64,000 bases of DNA from Amoebidium appalachense (lineage: Eukaryota; Protista; Ichthyosporea): positions 2,709,098 to 2,773,097 of the forward strand of contig CAVNZM010000011.1 in assembly GCA_963693365.1 (NCBI GenBank), given 5' to 3'. Position numbers and translations under genes: made by a program. Under the pieces are notes generated by a model that was not told the origin of the DNA, did no database searches, and saw only the letters and a program-made list of their open reading frames with translations. Positions 11,698-37,950 of this stretch are shown piece by piece. Position 1 is the stretch's first letter. Every line of letters starts with the position of its first letter.

Positions 11698-12451
11698 AAA
11701 AAAAAAAAAACCGGCCACCCCCTTCTCCTTGATGTGCTCTACGTATGGTTCTACACTTTGTGCATGTGCATTATGTTATCCTATGTGGATTGGCAAATCG
11801 TCCTGTGTAACACCCCCCCCCCCCCCCCCCCCCCCCTTCCCCTTTCCGCCTGGGGGCCTCCTCCCTCCCGAACTAGCCAGTTTCCTTCTTTTGACACTTT
11901 CCCCCCTCTTCTCCTTTTACCCCTTCTTCCCCCCCTCTTCCCAAACACACTCACATGCACACACAACTACTTACCTATTCACCAAGTAGATGAGAAAGGC
12001 CCACCACTAAGATCACCACACACACACACGCACGCACCTATTATGTCCTTGTTCTACATTTTACACACATCACCGTCAAAAACCAACTTCGTATCATCTG
12101 GGTGGCACATGTCCTTCAAATCGTCTCTTCACCACCCAAACTAAATCTCGCGAGGCTCCCCCTCCTCCCCTGTTTCATCCCTCTGGGCTCCCCCATCATC
12201 AAGACCCTTCAGGTTCCCTCCCCCGGATGGGCTCTGCTTATGACGCATACTGTGCGCATTGCTGATATTGCATACTTGAATGTTTGCCTTTACATGTGTC
12301 CTGCACCATGCTTCTCATCGTGTATGCGTACTTCGCACGGTGTTCCGCATTTAAACCCCCCTGCCCCCTTCCTTCCCTTTTTTTTTGGCAATCCGGCTTG
12401 CACGGCTTGCAGCCTACACACTCAACAAAGGCACGTGATAACGCTGACATT

Positions 12452-12502
<51 letters not shown>

Positions 12503-13433
12503 ACTCCCGTCCCTTCCCCCAGCCTTTTCCCCCCTTCCCTTAAAAGATACACACAGATACCTGTAAGTAAGCATGGACGAACTCTCCCAACAAGCACCAA
12601 CAAGCACCAACAAGCATGCACACATTCATGAACACACACACATGCTCACCTCACACACATGTATGCACACACACATACACACACACACATGAGTAGTCTT
12701 CCCTCTCCCAGTCTCTTCCCACTCTCCCTTCCCCCCCCCCCCCCCCCCCCCTCCCCTCCCCTCCATCCCCCCTCCCTCCGTCCTCCCTCCCTCAACTGCC
12801 GCATGCACACGCATGCACGCACACGCACACACACACACACACACACACATGCACACCTACACACACACACTCTCTCACGTACACACACACGTACACACAT
12901 TCAGGCGCCGATGAAGTTCGTCAGATCGAATCTAACATCGTCTCCATAGCACCCAAAGCCCCACCAATCAGCCTCACCCGCATCACGTGGGCCATTGCTA
13001 AGGGCGGCATAACATTCCATTCTGCCCCCCTCGCATTTTCCGCAATCGCAGAGGCGGTGCAAAACCATTTAGAATATGACACGCGTCAGTTGGCGTTGCT
13101 GGCATGGGGTTTGGCTAGGGGGGGGCTTGAGGATGAGCGGGTGTTTGACTATCTGTGCGCCGGGATACTCGACGCGGTGGATAACTCCCACTATATCCCG
13201 GAGGCACGGCTACAACCACAGGTAACTGGCCTCTTCTTCCGGGTTTTTTTTTATGGGTCTATATTCTTGTTGGACTGTTGGTGCCGGGAGTTTTCTGTTT
13301 GCGTGCTCCTGTGGGTGTGTCAGGGTTGATGTTATGCATATGCTAGCGCAGATACACGCCACGGCATTCAAAAACGCACACATACAACCATGTCCCCCCC
13401 CCCCCCTCTCCCCCTTCCCTACCCTCTTTTCGC

Positions 13434-13467
<34 letters not shown>

Positions 13468-14285
13468 ATGAATGTGCACTAGCACTTCGTAGCTTATAAC
13501 TCATTCTACCCCCCCCCCACCCTCCTCCTCCCCCACCTACCCCCACCACCACCACCACACACACACAAATGTTTCCCTTAAACACACGCACACCCCTTCC
13601 CATCCCAAACATAAGCTCACACACACACTCCTACCGAAACTATACACACAATATTCCATTCCCTGTGTTAAACCACCACCACCTCCTCTCAGGCAATGAA
13701 AGGCTGCAGTTTGGAACACTGCTGTTTACGGATAGGGAGCCTTTTTAAGTTTTTGTATTCTCATTCATTATATCCCCCCCCCCCCCCCCCCCCCCCCCGG
13801 ACGCGGACACACACACACACGCGCACACACACACACACACGCACACACACCACAACATACACACACATGAACACACCACCACACACGCACACACACACAA
13901 ACAGGACATCTCCAACGTTGCCTGGGCCTTTGCCCGTCACTACGAGGTGATGGGCTTCACCTCTCTACATGCATCTACGGCCGAGCTATTTTCGGCTCTT
14001 GAAGATGCGGCAATTCAGGATTGGGCCCGCTTCAACCCGAGGGAAAAAGCAAACCTTGTCGCATCTTTTGCCAAATTAGGCATAAGAACACCGAATCTAA
14101 TTCGATTGGTCGAAAACGAACTCGCCAGCAGTTCGATTGGCGGTTTTAGCCGATGGGAGAAGCAACAGATTAGATGGGCGATTAGCACGATCGGAAAGCC
14201 TGCGATCCAAAATTCCAATAGCGGAGCGACGCTGCCCAAGGTTGACGATTTGATTGGCAAGTGGAGAGATTCGGAGTTTTGGTGA
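9950..14285 (+). CDS. OPR/HPR/FASTK-like helical-repeat protein, probably mitochondrial RNA-binding, about 630-640 aa
   Basis: Phase-compatible exons 9950-11132, probable 39-nt exon 12213-12251, 12905-13221 and 13905-14285. Repeats PRDLSDVLQA, PISLTRITWAIAKGG, TRQLALLAWGLARGG, PQDISNVAWAFAR and PREKANLVASFAKLG. N-terminus resembles a presequence. Confidence 0.8.
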
Positions 14286-14332
14286 GGAACTGTAGCTAGT
14301 GAGCTCGGCCGTCTACAAACAATTTCCCTTTT

Positions 14333-14365
<33 letters not shown>

Positions 14366-15036
14366 CCCCTAAAGCTTTCTTTCTTTTTTTCTTTTTCTTT
14401 TTTTTTTTTTGCGGGGGCTCTTCCAGTTCGTGTTATCCTTTTTTCTTTTCTGGGGGCGAAGTTCACGTACTGGCTGGCTGCATCACACCGTGACGGTTCG
14501 TGTGTTTCTACTTGTGCTTGGAAATTCACTTTTTCTTTTTGTGTGGTCCGGCGCTGTACATGTGGAGATATAAATTTCAGCATAGGGGGATTGTGCACAG
14601 GGATTTATTTATTCGGCAATTGTTGTCTTTTATTAGGAATATTAAAGGTTTGCTTGTACATGTTGGCCTATTGCTTATAGACGATGTAGGTATAGCAAGT
14701 TTAGGAACCCACTCGTAGGATAGATTTTTTAAATCCCGAAATGTTCGAATACACGCGGGGAGCCGGGAGGGAAGGGCACATGAGAGTGAATGTATGAAGA
14801 TCTTATGTAGAGCGTCGGTATGTGATGTGAATCAAAACTCAATGAATGAATGAATGGTACGTTGTAATGAGACTGCTCATGCTTTATCATATGACAAGAA
14901 GAAACAAACCGAAAGACTTAGGCTATACACGTCATAGCACGAGTCACTGTCAAAAATGCCTTGCACTTTTAAGTGCGCTCAGATCCCCCCCCCCTCGGCG
15001 CACCCACCACCAACTAAATGTCTCTCTTGGGCAACC

Positions 15037-15067
<31 letters not shown>

Positions 15068-15742
15068 CACCACCCCAGACCCCAAAACCCGAAGACAGGC
15101 AACCCGCTCCACTTATTGCTTGATAATAGGTTACGACTAGCGTTTATAGAGCAGTTGCATGGCTTGCAACCAGAACAAAACCACGTGTGATACCACTACT
15201 AATGACTATTACACAAAACAATAATACCCTTTTTAGCCACTAGTATTAGTATCGTATTATTCTTACCGTAGCTACCGAAAAACCTATGTAAACCTCCCAA
15301 GTACAAAAGCCAAATATCCAAATAAGCGGGCTGATTGATGGGAATATTTGAATGCAACAGCTGCACACAGAGTTAGCTTGGCAACACCTAATAAACCCTC
15401 TTCCCTTAGCTTCCCGTCGATATAGGATTTACAGCACAATATTTGCCAACTAATCGTTTTATCACAATAAATAAAGATATAAATTTTAAACCGAAAAATT
15501 GAAAGAAAAAAAAAAAAAGAAAAAAGATGGGGGGTGGGGTTTTCGCCCTAGTAACACCCCAAGACCATCACTATCTATCACCACCCATCCCATCTGCTAA
15601 TACATGTCCGAAAAAGTCCGAAAAATGTCCGAAAAAGCCAGTCACGATTATGCATTGCACGAACGTCGACTGCTCACAAATCACATCTACTTTCTTTCCC
15701 CCACGAAACAAACCATCGCACACTCAACTCATTGATCCAAAC

Positions 15743-16661
15743 TCAACCCCCGCAGGGCCCTTCCCCCCCAAACCCAACAAGAGGGGGGTTGCAAATGCGA
15801 CACTTGTCTTTCCTCTTTCCATGCTCGCAAAGGGACCCCCTGCATTCTTCGCATTCCAGACGCACCAATCCGTGATCGCACATTGAATGCAAACAGTCCT
15901 TGCATTTGTTCTTGATCTTTCCATGCTCACACATGCCCACGCTAGAGCAGTCAGGGCAGTTGTAGCGGAGTTTCTTGTGCACGCACACAGACGACCCACC
16001 ACAGTCCTTGCATTTGTGCCTCTGACGACGGTGCACACAGATGCCTGAGGGAATAGGGTAGGATGGGGTAAGTGTTTGCGTGTGTGAATGCGTGTGTGAA
16101 TGCGTGTGTGAATGCGTGTGTGTATTTGTGTGTGTATTTGTGTGTGTATTTGTGTGTGTATTTGTGTGTGTATTTGGGGGTGGGTAAGCATGAGGTAGCA
16201 GGATATGAGGTTGTACGGTGCAAAACATGAAGGCACACACAGGCGTGACAGGGCCACCACCTTTGCTGGGGATGGAGATGGCCTTTCACTGTGACACACT
16301 GAGGCCAGCAAACAAACTATTACACACCCAGATTGGGGCGGGGAGGGGGGGAGGGAGGGAGGGGTAAAGACTATAAGAATGTACGAAGTAAACATATTTA
16401 TTAATTTTTTTATTTTTTAAAAAGAGAGGGGGGAAGGGGGGGAAAACGCAGACACAGAGTTAGGATCACAAGGAGGATGGGGGAGAGGGAGAAAGGGAGA
16501 GCACACACGTACCCTTTCCGCCGCAGTCCGGGCACAGATAGGGTTGACGGCCATGTGGGCAGGGGGGTTTGCCCCCACAGGCCACACAGAACGACCGCAC
16601 CTGGCCGTGGGGGCACAAAACTACCTTCTTTCGGCCGGACCGGTCCTTGCCCACCAGAGTT

Positions 16662-16716
<55 letters not shown>

Positions 16717-16913
16717 CATGTTCGGTGGGTATGAAAAAAGAAAAAAATAAAAACAAAGGGGGGGTTAGGTGTTTCAGGTACAAAGTACACACCATGAGCA
16801 AGCATCATAAGTAGAGCTCACCCTCAGGGGCAGCCAAGGCCGTCCATAGTGCCCAGTTTTTATCCTTTGAGTGTGTTTGGGAAATCCGCCTATCATACCA
16901 TTTCATTTACGTG

Positions 16914-16947
<34 letters not shown>

Positions 16948-17193
16948 GGGGGGGGGGGGGGGGGGGAGGGGGGTTTGAATGCAGAACACAGTACGAAGTA
17001 CGCATACACGATGAGATACATGGTGCAGGACCCATGCAAAGGCAAACATTCAAGTATGCAGCATCAGCCATGCGCACAGTATGCGTCATAAGCAGAGCCC
17101 ATCCTCAGGGAGGGCCCAAGTCATCAATTGCGTCTGAGTTTCGACCCCTTAGCCCGCGTATATACGACGCTCCAACTCAGACAGCAGCATCAA

Positions 17194-17231
<38 letters not shown>

Positions 17232-17623
17232 ATACCCTCTTTGCTCGGGGTGCCAGGCTCCGTGTTGTCTCCTCCCTCTCCTCCGGTCTCACCCTCACCA
17301 CCCTCACCACTTGCAACCTGGTGTATGCACATTACGGTGAGTGGACGATTGTTCTATTTTGTGTGTGTGTTGTGAGAGTGTGAGTAAGAGGGAGAGTGAG
17401 AGTGTGTGTGTGGGGGGGAAGGTTGCATGTGTGTCCGTGTGATAACAAGAGGGTGGGCTGGTCATGGACCATCATTCATCCATTCTCCCTTCTGATTGGG
17501 GGGGGGGGGGGGGGGGGGGGGGGGCAACAACAACAACGGAATAAGAGTAAACAACCCCTAATTAAAGACGTTTTATGTGCGCGTGTGTGCGTCTCTCTCT
17601 CTCTCTCTCTTTCCTGTCTCTCT

Positions 17624-17690
<67 letters not shown>

Positions 17691-18713
17691 TTTTGTTTTT
17701 TTTGTTTTTTTTGTTTTTTTTTTTTTGGGGGGGGGGGGGGGGGTTCGTACATCAGCAGGAGCACCACCCTCTATGGCTGCAGCCATGGCCCTCTTCTTGG
17801 TCACACTGCCCTTAGGCCGGCCTAATGTTGAAATTTTAGTGAGGAGGTTCCAATGGGGTTAAGTTAAGCGCGTATTTTCAATTTGAATCACAAACAAACA
17901 CAAACACAAACACACCAACAACAACCACAAACCAACCAACCCTGAAAAGAAATAAGAATAAACTAATCGGGTGTTTCAGTATGAGTCACCAGCCGAAATC
18001 GAAGTTCGAGGCATGAGGGCGCGGTTGGAACGAGCCGATAGGCGAGTGTTCTAACCCCTCCCGAGTGACTCGAACGAGATGAGGCGCACGCGACGAGTGC
18101 TCAAGGGCGCGGTTTTGTAAAGTTACAAAATTCCATTGTTACACGTGAAAGCAACGTTTTATTCAGTAAGTGCGTTGGAATGCACTCCGGCCACAAGGCT
18201 TGGGAAAAGTATGCAAAAAAGGAACTCGTTCACCAATCACGATACAGCTAGATGGGGAAAATCTCGAACGGGCCAAGCTTAACACCGATTCTGATTGGAT
18301 GATAACCATCATTGAACAATTATAGCCTGAGCTTGCATTCTCCAGATTCCGATAAGCTGGCGAAGGTATATAAAGCACCCCTGGTCGTCATTTCATTCTC
18401 TTTTTGCTTCTTTTCGGGGCTGGTTGCCGCACCCCCTTCTCTTGGCCAGTTCAAAAACCCTCGGTGGCTCAGGGTTTTCGAATGGCATGCGGCGAGTTTT
18501 TTCACGGTTCACAGCCTTAGCCAAACAAATAAAGAAAAATCAGAGTTAAACATCGCTCCAGCAAATAGGGCGTGACGTCATAAGTTGCAAAACCAGCATT
18601 CGACCTCAAAATCTTATGTAAATGTATGAGACCTGACCTGTCAAAGGCCCACCTCCATATCACATCCCATTCCTCCGTCCCATACAAGTGACAAAGCCAG
18701 AAGGGGGGGGAAA

Positions 18714-18745
<32 letters not shown>

Positions 18746-19171
18746 CCATACCTCGTTTTCTCTTCACGCCCTCCCTGGTTCGGGTGTGTGTGTTCGTTGC
18801 GGGAAGAAGGAATTTGGAGGTAGGGAGAGAATGAGGGTGTTAGAATCTATCACACGTGTGTGGGGGCATGTTGGAGATGGGGAGAGGGGGCATGTAGTAC
18901 GCAGGACAAAAAAGAGCGGAGCTACACAATGTGGATACGTAATAAAATTATATGCAGTATTGGTGGTGGTGGTGGTGGTGGTGGGGGGGGGGGGGGGGGG
19001 GGGGGGGGGGGAGGGGGGTGTAATCAGAGATATAGATAGAGCATGCCCTCTGGTATCCTACCCGTGGGGATGAGAGTGTCAGTGTGTGTGTATATGCACA
19101 TGTGGATTAGTATACACGGATTGTGCAGTGGGTTTAGATGTTTGTTCTCCTTCTGGCAATGAATAAATAAG

Positions 19172-19255
<84 letters not shown>

Positions 19256-19447
19256 ACGTTCAATCTTAATTCATTTTATTATTTTCGGGGGAAAGGGTGT
19301 CGCAAGACATGCGAGATAAGAGATCACAAGAAAACCCATCAGAACAGGGAAAAAAACAAACACGATGCCCCATAGACAAATAAATATAACAGCAGGGGCA
19401 GTTGTTGTCGAGAACAAAGGAAGACGACACACATATAATAACATCAC

Positions 19448-19533
<86 letters not shown>

Positions 19534-19611
19534 AGTGTCAACCACTTACCCACCCTACCACCCTCACGCACATACACGTGAGTGCACACACACGCGCGCA
19601 CACGCACACAC

Positions 19612-19682
<71 letters not shown>

Positions 19683-20153
19683 CGTACATACCCTTGTTCA
19701 CCGCCCTCTATGTCCCCGGCGACATAACTTGACATGCGAGGCCCCTGCCCAGTCAATCATGTGAGTGGCTGAAATAAAGATGGAGCGGGGCAAAAGAGAA
19801 TACGATGCAAACCAGGGACCAGGTGCATGAAGACTAAGTTGTTCCAAAAAATCAAAGCAGCTATGATTCATACATCGGCATTCAAGAACATGAAGATGTT
19901 CAGGTACCGCAAAAACTTGCCTTGGTTCCAGTTCATTGATGTGTACCTTGCATACCACGTTCATCCTTATTTTCATCGTCCTCTTTTTTTTGTTTTTTTG
20001 TCTTGCTTCTTCATTTCTCCCCCCTCCCCCTTCTGGCATGCCCCGTGCGCGTGTGCCTGCCTGTATTTCCCTTCTTCTTCTTCTTCTTTTGGTTTTTTCT
20101 TTTCTATTTTTTTTTATATTTTTTTATTTTTATTTTTATTTTTTTATTTTTTT

Positions 20154-20197
<44 letters not shown>

Positions 20198-21808
20198 AAA
20201 AGCAGCACATACATCACAGGTGCACTTTGAAGCATCACAGACGATAGCCGTCAGCACAGCCCCGGGCTGGAAACCTTCCACACAGTCCAGCTGGCTGTTG
20301 GTGTAGTGCGGTAGAAGCTCCATGTTCTCAATCACAAACTGGCGCACTTGCGTCTGGGAAAAAGGAAGAAGAAGCGGAAGAAGAAGAAAGGTGGGTGGGT
20401 GGGTGGGTGGGGGGGGGGGGGGGGGGGCATGGTAAGTGGGTGGTGGAAGGTGGTGATATGTGTGGGTGGGTGTGGTTGTGGTCAGTGTGTGTGCAGTGCA
20501 TTTATTGCTGAAACTGTATTCGATCCGTTAATTAACGTCTATATCGGCATTTCTCCAGGATTCCAGTTTGTATAGTGATCACACGACTTCTTATATAATA
20601 TAAAAAACCCCGCACCATATATAGGCAAAGCCACCGATGTTGTCTAACGTCACACCGCAAAATGCCGAAATAGGTCTAATATGAATGCATTGTCGCTTCC
20701 AAATAACCTTTCAGCATGGTCTCTGCTTCATGTACTTGTTAGAGCAGAGATTTGTCTATGCAAATCTCACAAAAATAAATCCCGGCAGAATGAAATTGCA
20801 GATTGAATTAGTTGGTTCCCTCCACTATCCTGGCGTCATTCAAACTGAATCACACTGCAAGCAGACAAATTCCATTCAAAAGACCCCCACCCATCTCGAC
20901 CCGAAAACTTGCAAGGTCCCCACGAGAATTAGCGACTAAGCTGGGAATTCTTCTGGATCCCTTACATGAAGATTGACCAAAAATTAGAGGATCTCCCCCT
21001 CCTCCCCCTCACACACACATATATAGGCAAAACAAATTATTAAATATGACATGATATTGAGGCCACACACCCCCAGCTGCCAGCTTACAGTCAGCGACAT
21101 GAAGGCGTCGCCAATCAGAAGGCGCGATTCAACAGGTTCTGCGTGATCTTGATCCAATCAGAGCCTCCTTAACATAGAAGCTTTACATTCTTTTGCATTA
21201 ACCAAAAAAAGCTAAACATTGAACCGATAGGAATACCTTTACAGAAAGGGGCAGCACGATGTGGCTTGAGCGATCTTTTGGGAGTATAATGCTCACAATT
21301 CAACATAATTATACACAAAAGATAATATAAAGAGCAATAATTTTTGATTATTGGTAGGTTCTGTTGCAATGTATCCGAGGGAGACTTTATAAGTTTTGCA
21401 TTTTCTTTCTTCAAAGGTCTGGTGGGTGACCGCCTCCAAAGCTGACCTGAGCTCGGGAATTTGCTGTCACTCTTTCTAATAATTCGAGCAGCTAATCTGC
21501 GATTAAGAGACAAACTTTTAATCCTATTGAATTCCTGCGATTGGCGACGCCTTCATGTCGCTGACTGTAGGCCTGACGAGATCTGACATAACACACACCC
21601 TCATACACCCCACTGCACACAGTGACCCAAACACACACACACACACACACACACGTACCTGCTTGAAGGCGCATATGCGGCGTGTGATCTCAATCAGGCT
21701 GGCCACACGGCGGTCTTTCCAGCGGGACCAACGGAGGCCAAAGTAGCAAACATCGAAGGCGGAAAGGTCGCCACACTTGGCATACACATCAACGTGGATG
21801 GCTGCCAT
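15743..21808 (-). CDS. Multi-exon gene: ubiquitin-like N-terminal domain (tentative), AT-hook and 7 CxH-x6-CxxC zinc ribbons, about 336 aa
   Basis: Phase-compatible exons 21808-21659, 20353-20213, 19946-19908, 19744-19692, 18774-18752, 17821-17751, 17317-17236, 16662-16513 and 16044-15743. Splicing builds KRKRGRPKGS across exons. The repeats run from CPHGQVRSFCVAC to CEHGKRKDKCRIC. The 19908/19744 join is the uncertain one. Confidence 0.75.
16968..17104 (-). repeat. Inverted duplicate of 12225-12360, an exon-end plus intron fragment of the OPR-like gene
   Basis: The reverse complement matches ggatgggctctgcttatgacgcatactgtgcgca...cgcatttaaacccc with scattered mismatches. Confidence 0.9.
21088..21567. 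mobile_element. Tc1/mariner-type MITE, 480 bp, intronic
   Basis: Perfect 29-bp TIR CAGTCAGCGACATGAAGGCGTCGCCAATC, flanked by TA at 21086-87 and 21568-69. Confidence 0.9.
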
Positions 21809-22269
21809 CTGTGTGTGGATTGTACGGACGTGAGTCTGTGATGAAGTACGTGAATGAGAAAGGGCGGCAGCAGAGGGAGGAGGGGGGGGGGGTTACAGAT
21901 TGCCACGTTGCAGGCGTTAGGCGCGAAAAGGACATGGAAAAGAGCAACAATCAACATTTAGGGTTACAGGAAGTTAGCCATAAGGCATATTACCTTGACT
22001 TTCCCATTTTGTGTCTTCCTGTCTATTCTTATTTTCTTTCATACTTTATTTTGTTATATTATTTTCATTTTTTTATTTTTTTCATATATTTGTGTGTGTA
22101 TGTGTGTGGGGGGTAATACAGCGTGCAGTACAGTTGAGAATCCCACGATTTGAACAAAGCACAAAAGTTTGAACACAGATCTTAGATCTGAGGGGTCTGA
22201 AGACAGGTCGCCCACTGATGATTCGAGGTTGCAGACTGATTGCCTTGCTCCATATGTGGTTCTTCGGCC

Positions 22270-22300
<31 letters not shown>

Positions 22301-24177
22301 TTTCCCCCCCACCCCCCCGTCACCCCACTCCCTTCCCCCTCAAGCACACATAGGCACACAAAGAGACGCCCACCCACTCATCCACCCGACTTTACTATTC
22401 ATTATATAAACTGGTTCCGATCATTTAACCGCCCCATGGGCACACTGACCTGCTACGGGACAAAAACCATCACGAACTACAGGTTCAACCGCCATATTTA
22501 GCTATAACACTGGGCATGCGCAAAAAAGAATAAAGGAGGTTGGCCCTGACTGGAATGCTGAACTATAACACTTCACTTCTTGGGGCAACTTGCAGCAAGC
22601 AACTCTGTCTGATGTTATTTTCTCTATCTCTTACAGCACGTCCCAATGGCAAGAAACAGGAGAAATCAATACAAGCAGTTGCGTATGTATTCTTCTGGTG
22701 CTGTTGATGTTTTTTTGGCAGGCAGTAAAAAGGAGCACGAAAAGCAAAGCAAAGAGCAGCATGCCTGTTAAATAGTTTCGTAACTTCAGAAAGGAAAATG
22801 GGAGGTGCACGCACATTATTGTTCGTACGAAGAAGGATTAAACAAGTACTTCCCACGCACACGAGTGCAAGACAAAACCTATGCAAACCAGAAGCAGGCA
22901 AGCAAGCCTTTTCTTATTTGGATGTGTTGCAAGTGGTAGCCGCAGTTACTTCTTTGCCTTGTTTATTTCTTGCTTTGTTTATTTGTTTTTCTGTACGCGC
23001 GCTCCCCTCCTTGCAGACACCAAGCGACAGGTTATCTGTGCCGCGGCTATGTGTACACTCCAAATAGAATATATCCCGAAAGGCATAACGAAACAGGGAA
23101 CGAAAAAAACGAACTTACCTTTGCAAGATGCTTCGCCCTGCGCCTTCTCAAAAGACCCCGTTCCCTCCGAACCCTCCGAACAGAAAATAAACACGTGATA
23201 ATAAGAACAGCTACTTGTCAACTGTGTATATTAAAGATTCTGGTAATTGCTTTTCGTTATTTCATTCACTTTTTTCTCGTTCTGTCTTCGCGTTTTGGGA
23301 TAGTGCGATGACATGTTCGCATGTCTGCCGAAAAAACCGTTACAACCGCAACTATCTCGTTTATTTATAGCAACAAGCCCATATGAGGAGATCCAAATTT
23401 AAATCGCAATCTTGGTCTTTTCCGGGAGGCCTGCAACAAGTTGTCACTAGTGTGGGCCAGCGTCCAGCGGTACTCAAAATGCATTTCTGGCCAAAAGCCA
23501 AGCCTGGAAAACGTAAAAAACTATACGCCCTAATTTTTTCCCATATATTTTTGCTACACAAGGCTCTATGGTACATATATGGTGACTTTGGAATCTGACG
23601 GTTCTCTTGTCATATCACGCATGATGACGTTCAGAGCGGCGAATAAGATCAATGACATAGAACCAATCATCATTTATGACGTCATCAATGCCCTAGCCTG
23701 TAGCACAGGGCTCGCCTAGCAAGCTTGCAAAGTAACTTAAGATGGTTGAATGTCGTGCTAGATATCTATGGTGGCATGTTACTGACCACCTAGAAATGCA
23801 CGGTTTCAATGGAGTTTATGACGGCCAAAGACAAAATGTGTATGTAGCCACTATGCATGGGGTCGATACGGACGTGTAGGACGCAAGCACATGTGGCTAA
23901 GCTTATGATCAACGATGCAGTCGAGATCATTGTTATATATAGTCACTCGTACGTGTTCCATCGATGCCATGATGCCATGGCAGCCATGCAAGCAAGCGGT
24001 CGAACGGCGGAGACCAGACCCAAAACAACCATGCTCATGGCACACGAAAGTCAGAGCACTTTTCAATGGCCGCTTTCTCTGGTCCACACGGTGGGCAAAC
24101 TTACCGGACTGCATGCCAGCTATCTCGCAGATGCACTCAGTGCATCCAACATACCCCTCCTTCCCTCCTTCCCCCCC

Positions 24178-24249
<72 letters not shown>

Positions 24250-25106
24250 AGGTTAAATCCAACGGCATTTGAATCCAAACACATCTTGCATACAGGTTCG
24301 AACGTTCGAGCATATGTACCCAACATGTGTTGCAATTGTTGCCTGACAGAACCTTTACAGCATGCATATGCACGGCGGAATGGAAGGTGTCCTGTCTGTG
24401 CACCTGAGTACACAAGTGCACTGTGACGCCGTTAACCGCGCAACGGTATTCACTCAAAGTATTTATTACTTCCACAGGTAACCTTCAGGCAACACCTTTA
24501 TCACGTAATAGGACACAAGACAAGACGATCCCCCCCCCCCCCCCCCCTCCCCACTCTCTCAAGCGAAATAATCATCTCGTTCAACCAACATCTGATTATG
24601 GCTAGAATCATAACATAGTGTGACTTGTACATGTATTCTGTGCACGTGGGACTCAGTGTGTGTGTACTGTGTGTGTGTGGCAATGTGCGCGTGTCCGTGT
24701 CAAAAAACAAAACAATAGATAATAAAACTATGCCAACCATCATAGGCCTCAGCCACATTCATTCAATCCGTGCTTGTTGTGCTTTGGGCTACTTTGTCTT
24801 TTCCTGGTCTAGTTTTGCATTACGGTGCTCACATGCACGTGTGGTCGTACCACGTGTAACACTGAGGTTGTTGTATGCGCGCAAGTGTTAAGCACTGTGT
24901 TTTGCGCGTGTACCCAAGTGGGCACGTGAGTGTACATTGCAAGCGCTTTCAAAGTCCCAGGTTGCATGTAATGCCACAAATCTAACACGGGCCAAAACCA
25001 AAAAAAATTCTCCATTCATTCATACATACATTTATCGGGTGCCCATGTAAATCCAGATATTATAATATTGATATTTAACCCATCTACAGCGCGCACATGT
25101 GCATTT

Positions 25107-37549
<12,443 letters not shown>

Positions 37550-37916
37550 TTTATATGTGCCTCTGCTTATATTCCCCCTTCCCCCCTTCCCGCCCCACTA
37601 AAAAAAGCTTGGGACAAGGAAGAGAAGAAATAACATTTCTATCTCAAAATATGCCTTTCTCTCACCCCTAAGCTCCATTCTTATTGCAAGAGTCTTCAGC
37701 AAAATAATCAACAATCGACGGAGTCTATGAGGTGGAAAGAAGAAAAAGTATGCAGGGAGGATCAAATATTCGAGGGACTTGGTGTCCCCATAGGGGAGGG
37801 AGATGTGCGTGCGTGCGCGCGTGCGTGCATTTGGGGGGGGGGGCGGGAGGGGGGGGAGGGGGGGGGGGAGGGGGGGGGGGGGCTGGCTGGAGGGGGCTAT
37901 AAAGAAAGGGGGCGAA

Positions 37917-37950
<34 letters not shown>

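Noticed and set aside
16822-16889. Extra exon in the zinc-ribbon gene
   Set aside because: AG/GT-bounded but phase-incompatible; exons 17236 and 16662 join directly in frame.
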